This document shows positions 60,102 to 64,000 of a stretch of 64,000 nucleotides of DNA, one piece after another. The stretch spans positions 79,778 to 143,777 of the forward strand of contig CAWDYQ010000005.1 in assembly GCA_963806645.1 (NCBI GenBank), written 5' to 3'. Every line of letters starts with the position of its first letter. Position 1 is the stretch's first letter. The notes beneath the pieces were generated by a model. It was not told the DNA's origin, did not search any database, and saw only the letters and a list, made by a program, of their open reading frames with translations. The DNA is from Candidatus Bathyarchaeota archaeon (GTDB lineage Archaea > Thermoproteota > Bathyarchaeia > Bathyarchaeales > Bathyarchaeaceae). The position numbers and the translations under genes are program-made.

Positions 60102-60875
60102 TTAGCCCCTCCCAAACAATGTTACGTCAGGAAAGATTTCAACGCCGTTGGTATCAATTGTATAAGGAACAACGTTTGGATTAATTTTAACACCTCTCAT
60201 TTTTGTAACCTGCAAAGCCCGTGTTGTAACTCCATTAGAAAACAAAGTCTGTGCAAGAATGACTCCATGCGCCAAATATTCTTCAACTGAAACCTTACGA
60301 TTAAGACTCAAACGTCCCAATTCTGAAGTTACAAGAGTGGTGATCCCTAAATCTGACAAAGACTCAAATAAATCAACAATAGAGTTTCTTCGCTCAATAG
60401 GATCAGGAAAGCGTTGAAAAAGTGTAGCAAGCGTATCCACTACAACTCTCTTGGCGTTAATTCTGTGAATTTCAGACTCTATTGATTCAACTAACCGGTC
60501 TATCGGTAGTTGCTTAGTTCTCAAGTTGGCTCCGTTTTCTCCAAATTTTGCTCCTAATGCTGCAGATCTTGACATTCGAGTAGCATCTAAAAAGACAAAT
60601 TTTCCCTCTTCTTCAGCTTTCTTGAAATCCCATCCAAAATTCTGCATTTCAACCAAATAATGGTCTTTGCCTTCATCTAAACTCACAAAAATTGCACCTT
60701 CCTCTAAGTCACTAATTCCTTTGTATAAGAATTGAGAACAAAGAATTGTTTTTCCAGATCCAGGTCCCCCAACAAGCAAAATTACTCTCCCTTCTGGGAA
60801 ACCTCCACTTACTAAATCATTTAATCCTGGGATTCCAGTTTCAACCGTATTCATTTTTTTCACCTTTTTAAACAA
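60102..60875 (-). CDS. single-domain KaiC/RadA-like ATPase (canonical Walker A)
   Basis: VETGIPGLNDLVSGGFPEGRVILLVGGPGSGKTILCSQFLYKG, with Walker B-like VVVDTLATL. 257 aa. Confidence 0.85.
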   Translation of the reverse strand: MFKKVKKMNTVETGIPGLNDLVSGGFPEGRVILLVGGPGSGKTILCSQFLYKGISDLEEGAIFVSLDEGKDHYLVEMQNFGWDFKKAEEEGKFVFLDATRMSRSAALGAKFGENGANLRTKQLPIDRLVESIESEIHRINAKRVVVDTLATLFQRFPDPIERRNSIVDLFESLSDLGITTLVTSELGRLSLNRKVSVEEYLAHGVILAQTLFSNGVTTRALQVTKMRGVKINPNVVPYTIDTNGVEIFPDVTLFGRG

Positions 60876-61035
60876 TTACCAATATTTTCTTGTGTTATCA
60901 AAACTAATACTGTATCTGCTTTTGAATTTTATTGTAGACTTTAAACAATTCCTTTGCAATGATTAGAAATTCTTTATATCCTTTAATATTTCTGCTTTCG
61001 ACTCTTACCTTTGGATAAAAGGTACCTCTGTATTG

Positions 61036-61431
61036 TTATGTTAAACATATTGGATTTTTTATGTAATCTTGGTTTCTGAGTTTCTTTACTCTTATCGATT
61101 TTTTGCATTCTAATGGGTCTTCGGTTTGGGTGATGCTGATTTCCCCATCAAAAAGTCAATGACCGCTGTGGCTTGGTCTAAAGGATGCATACCTGGATTC
61201 ATTACTGCTAAGCATTGTGAAGCCTTTTGAACTCATGTCAGTGATTAGTTCAGCAATCCATCTTCTGGTTGGTTCTGCATGATGACTAATCAGCACGTCA
61301 GAGACTGTCTCAACACAGATTCGTTTATTTTTTGAAGGTTCAACGTTACGATAGGCTTTAGCAAGAGATATTGATAGATTAGTTAAATCAGTTTTACTTC
61401 GAAGCTCGAAAACACGGAAATCTATACACAT
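61036..61431 (-). pseudogene. truncated, frame-broken paralog of the KaiC-like C-terminus of the 53870..57875 gene
   Basis: FELRSKTDLTNLSISLAKAYRNVEPSKNKRICVETVSDVLISHHAEPTRRWIAELITDMSSKGFTML aligns with FKLRSKTDLTNLSISLAKAYRSIDPSKKKRICIGTVSNVILDYEAKATCKWISELITDLGSKGFTML. Shifted frames continue as AVMNPGMHPLDQATAVI and FDGEISITQTEDPLECKKSIRVKKLRNQDYIKNPICLT*. Everything N-terminal to this is missing. Confidence 0.7.
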
Positions 61432-61437
61432 CTAATC

Positions 61438-61571
61438 AACTTTGAAAGTGACGAATGGCACGTCGCTACTGCCACAAGTTTGGACGAAGAAAACGAAACT
61501 TATAGAAGCTGGATTTGAATATGTGCGGTATAGCGACAAAAGACGAAGTCGCTATCTATCAGAAAACGTAA
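61438..61571 (+). pseudogene. decayed gene tail (WHVATA...KLIEAGFEYV...IYQKT*) immediately 5' of tRNA-Glu
   Basis: Three frames read in turn NFESDEWHVATATSLDEE, KLIEAGFEYVRYSDK and DEVAIYQKT*. This resembles a C-terminal motif (EAGFEYV...FRKRK) that I recall from archaeal integrase/HTH-type ORFs. That is unverified memory. Confidence 0.3.
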
Positions 61572-61594
61572 GTAGAAAAGTAGTATAGTTCAGG

Positions 61595-61672
61595 GCTCCG
61601 GTAGTATAGTCCGGTTAAGTATGACGGCCTCTCGAGCCGCCGACCCGGGTTCGAATCCCGGCCGGAGCACCA
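61595..61672 (+). tRNA. tRNA-Glu (anticodon CUC), CCA encoded
   Basis: Manual cloverleaf: acceptor GCUCCGG/CCGGAGC, D arm GUAU-AGUCCGGUUAA-GUAU, anticodon stem ACGGC/GCCGC (one A-C mismatch), loop CUCUCGA. T arm CCGGG-UUCGAAU-CCCGG, discriminator A, CCA. GC-rich against the AT-rich background. Confidence 0.9.
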
Positions 61673-61811
61673 ACCCTATTATCTCAATTTCTTTAGAAAA
61701 ATCTTTTTAATAATATCTACTGTTGATTTAATCTAAACTAATAATCAAAATCTTTCTACTGTTAACTTTTTTTAAAGCGTTAATCCTTGCGTTTTTTTAA
61801 TTCACGATGTT

Positions 61812-63386
61812 TTAATTCTTTTGAAAAATTTTAGCTATTTGCTCGACAATAATTAACGGTATATTCAATAGCGGAGTGAGTCGCCCGAACATTTTCAATG
61901 TTTCTTTAAGGTATTCTAAATCCTTTTTGTTTACTGCACCCAACAGAGGAGCTGTAATTAGATAAACAATAAAGAAAATTGTTGCTCCAATAATTAGGTT
62001 TATCCAGTTAGCTGTGTTCAATTGAGAAATTGTTACATGAGTAATTGCAGCTGCAATTCCTGATGCTAAAAAGATTTTAGCAGATGATATCCAGTCTATT
62101 GTAACTTTGAAATGTTTTCTTATCCACCAGAGGGCTAACAATGTGCTTGGGATTCCCGCTACCAGAAAAGTGGCTAGTAGACCCATGATACCGAATAATG
62201 GAATTAGGATTATACTCAATGAAAACCCCATAGCCGCTGTGATCAAAGTCAATTTCAGGTTAATATCAGTTCTTCCTTGACTCTTGATTAAATTATCCAC
62301 GCTTAGGCTACCAATTGCTGCATAAAGATAAATTACAATATACAAACTTACATAGAGTGGCGCAAACTCAAATTGTTCCCCAAATAGAGTTGATATTGCC
62401 GGTTGCGCTAGCGCCATAACAGCAAAAGTCGAAGGTACAACAATAAGAGCGGAATACTTTACTGAAGCCTTGAATACCCTTTTCATTAATTCACCCTCCT
62501 TATGAACATCAATTTTCGAGAATGCTGGAAACAAAATTGTAGTTAAAGGTATGACAATTAAAGTGACAAGAACTGCGAAACTTACGGCTATATAGTAATT
62601 ACCTAAAAGCAAATCAGGGCTGTATATTACTATTAGAACTTGGTAGAATTGGGTCAAAAACCCATTGATAATCCAAGCAATTGACACAGGAAGTCCGTAC
62701 TTTATCATATATTTTATTGTCGAAAAAAGTCTCAAACCGTCTTCCTTTTTTAATTTTTTATAGATTACAAAATACAAAATAACTATGCTTACTAATCCCG
62801 CAATCAGGTAAGATATTGTATCCCCAATGATTGCTCCTGCAGTTCCATATCCAATTGAAACCAGAAAAATCATGATACCTGTTTTGAACACAGACTGAAT
62901 AACTAAGGATGCACTTTGAAGCCCCATCCTCTCATATCCCGTGAATGCAGATTGAGCTGCTTTCAAAAACGCCTCTGCAAAAACTATCAATGATGCAATC
63001 TGGATCAAAGGCATAATTGTAGGGCGCTCTAAAAGGTTCGCAATAAAACCTGAAAGAAAAAACAAGATCGCAAAAAGGATAAATCCTAGAACAATTTCAA
63101 ACAGGCTTTCTGCTGCTAGAACCTGTTTTACCTTTGCCATTCTTTTTTCTGACCTGTATTGAGCAGTATATTTTATTGTTGCTTGATCTATTCCCAAGTC
63201 TCTAAATGTTTTAATTAAGTTAGGCGCTGTCATTACTGCCGTTATTATGCCAAGTTCTTCTGGAGAAAGAGTCCTTCCAATATACAATACGCCTATGGCA
63301 GTGACTATAAAAGAGATAGCGACCCCCCAGAATAGGTTAAATCCTCCTCTGGCTGAAACTTTTCCAAGATCTCTTGCCTTACTCAC
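61812..63386 (-). CDS. MOP-superfamily polysaccharide/oligosaccharide flippase (Wzx-like)
   Basis: 524 aa with about 14 TM helices. Layout is typical of the polysaccharide biosynthesis protein family (N-terminal KARDLGKVSARGGFNLFWG...). Confidence 0.85.
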   Translation of the reverse strand: MSKARDLGKVSARGGFNLFWGVAISFIVTAIGVLYIGRTLSPEELGIITAVMTAPNLIKTFRDLGIDQATIKYTAQYRSEKRMAKVKQVLAAESLFEIVLGFILFAILFFLSGFIANLLERPTIMPLIQIASLIVFAEAFLKAAQSAFTGYERMGLQSASLVIQSVFKTGIMIFLVSIGYGTAGAIIGDTISYLIAGLVSIVILYFVIYKKLKKEDGLRLFSTIKYMIKYGLPVSIAWIINGFLTQFYQVLIVIYSPDLLLGNYYIAVSFAVLVTLIVIPLTTILFPAFSKIDVHKEGELMKRVFKASVKYSALIVVPSTFAVMALAQPAISTLFGEQFEFAPLYVSLYIVIYLYAAIGSLSVDNLIKSQGRTDINLKLTLITAAMGFSLSIILIPLFGIMGLLATFLVAGIPSTLLALWWIRKHFKVTIDWISSAKIFLASGIAAAITHVTISQLNTANWINLIIGATIFFIVYLITAPLLGAVNKKDLEYLKETLKMFGRLTPLLNIPLIIVEQIAKIFQKN

Positions 63387-63506
63387 CGAAACAGATTCTC
63401 CTGAATAAAGCTCTAGTTTGGTATGAGCCTAGGTACTTATCAGTTATATATTTGTGCAAACGTTTTAGAAACTTTTTCTAAAATTGGTTCATTCAGGATT
63501 TTCGTT

Positions 63507-64000
63507 CTACTGATTCTTGACTTTACTTCTCCGTTTTAAAAAGATCGCTAATAACACGATCACGGCTACAGCTAATACAAAAAATAAAATCAGGTTCATA
63601 ATGTTAAATTCTGCAGTCGTCCATGTTTTCCCATCTAACTCTCCGGCATTAGTCTGAACTGTAATCTGTTGAAACGGACTCCATGAGTTTATCATCGTCA
63701 CGTAGACACCAGGTTCAATCTCTTCGCATAATTCTCCATTAACAAATGTGGCTGCACCTGTTACTGCAGTTCCATCGTATTCTTGGAATAATTTTACAAT
63801 TACCTTTGACACTCCAAATGATTCTGAAACAACTTTAACATCAACATCAGTATTGTCCCAAACTATGCTGGGAACTTCAGTGGCTATTAGGTACCCGTTT
63901 GCGGTTGGATGCTGAACATCTGTGACAACCCATGAACGTTTACCCACTGTATCATATGATACACTCAAACTTATCCATCCTGTGCTATTTGTTACATAAT
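63507..64000 (-). CDS. C-terminal part of a surface protein with a TM anchor and basic tail (5' end beyond the window)
   Basis: The frame is open to position 64000 (…YVTNSTGWISLSVSYDT...). Beta-rich, ending in the hydrophobic helix LILFFVLAVAVIVLLAIFL plus KRRSKVKNQ. Confidence 0.55.
   Translation of the reverse strand, partial: YVTNSTGWISLSVSYDTVGKRSWVVTDVQHPTANGYLIATEVPSIVWDNTDVDVKVVSESFGVSKVIVKLFQEYDGTAVTGAATFVNGELCEEIEPGVYVTMINSWSPFQQITVQTNAGELDGKTWTTAEFNIMNLILFFVLAVAVIVLLAIFLKRRSKVKNQ

Noticed and set aside
61680-61811. Short direct repeat CTACTGTT(G/A)A, twice, just 3' of tRNA-Glu, as a possible att site.
   Set aside because: It is only 8-9 nt and does not overlap the tRNA sequence. 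Such repeats are expected by chance in AT-rich DNA. I noticed no partial tRNA duplicate elsewhere in the window.
1-64000. Programmed ribosomal frameshifting or an alternative genetic code as the explanation for the split genes. I also looked for CRISPR arrays, rRNA genes and intact IS elements.
   Set aside because: The breaks are true frame changes at unrelated sequence contexts, not in-frame stops or a recurring slippery motif. They hit about 25 unrelated genes, so indel error or decay is the simpler explanation. I saw no spacer-repeat periodicity, rRNA-like GC-rich blocks or transposase motifs anywhere in the window.

Overview
AT-rich, gene-dense window with about 85 gene models. It is clearly archaeal. 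Markers are a UbiA-type DGGGP synthase, archaeal iPGM (ApgM), ABCE1, KEOPS Cgi121 next to Sua5, a Dph6-like ligase, TtuA/Ncs6, a pilin with a class III signal peptide, GGAGGTGA-type Shine-Dalgarno boxes, and one tRNA-Glu(CUC) with encoded CCA. Low GC, two roadblock/LC7 genes and a Spo0M/arrestin-like gene fit a Lokiarchaeia-like Asgard archaeon, but this window alone cannot establish that. Housekeeping content: glycolysis (a PfkA-family PFK with the PPi-type signature, ApgM), purine and methionine salvage (two PRTases, MTAP), tRNA and translation factors (RtcA, CsaA-like, ABCE1, t6A genes), a Ni/Co module (CbiM, PDGLE protein, NikR, Mrp/ApbC), glycosylation genes (GT4, Gfo/Idh/MocA, MOP flippase), and many small zinc-ribbon or membrane ORFs. 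No rRNA, CRISPR array or intact transposase was seen. Main caveat: roughly 25 genes are split into adjacent or overlapping ORFs by frame changes, so assembly indel errors are the most likely cause and pseudogene calls are provisional. Observations most worth follow-up: (1) a 23-24 nt GC-rich palindromic box found twice, each 8 nt from a TATA-like element, in a locus with two TrmB-like regulators and two secreted proteins, one with a PEF-CTERM-like tail; (2) a roughly 1335-aa TPR / beta-sandwich / degenerate KaiC-like protein near a canonical KaiC ATPase, with a truncated paralog fragment beside tRNA-Glu and a decayed gene tail that may be integrase-related; (3) an operon of pilin, coiled-coil protein, roadblock-AbrB and roadblock; (4) a 120-nt GC-rich rod-like hairpin that may be an ncRNA or MITE; (5) a rubredoxin-ThDP enzyme fusion; (6) a 31-residue Cys/His module shared by two otherwise unrelated proteins. 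No complete novel system could be proven from sequence alone.
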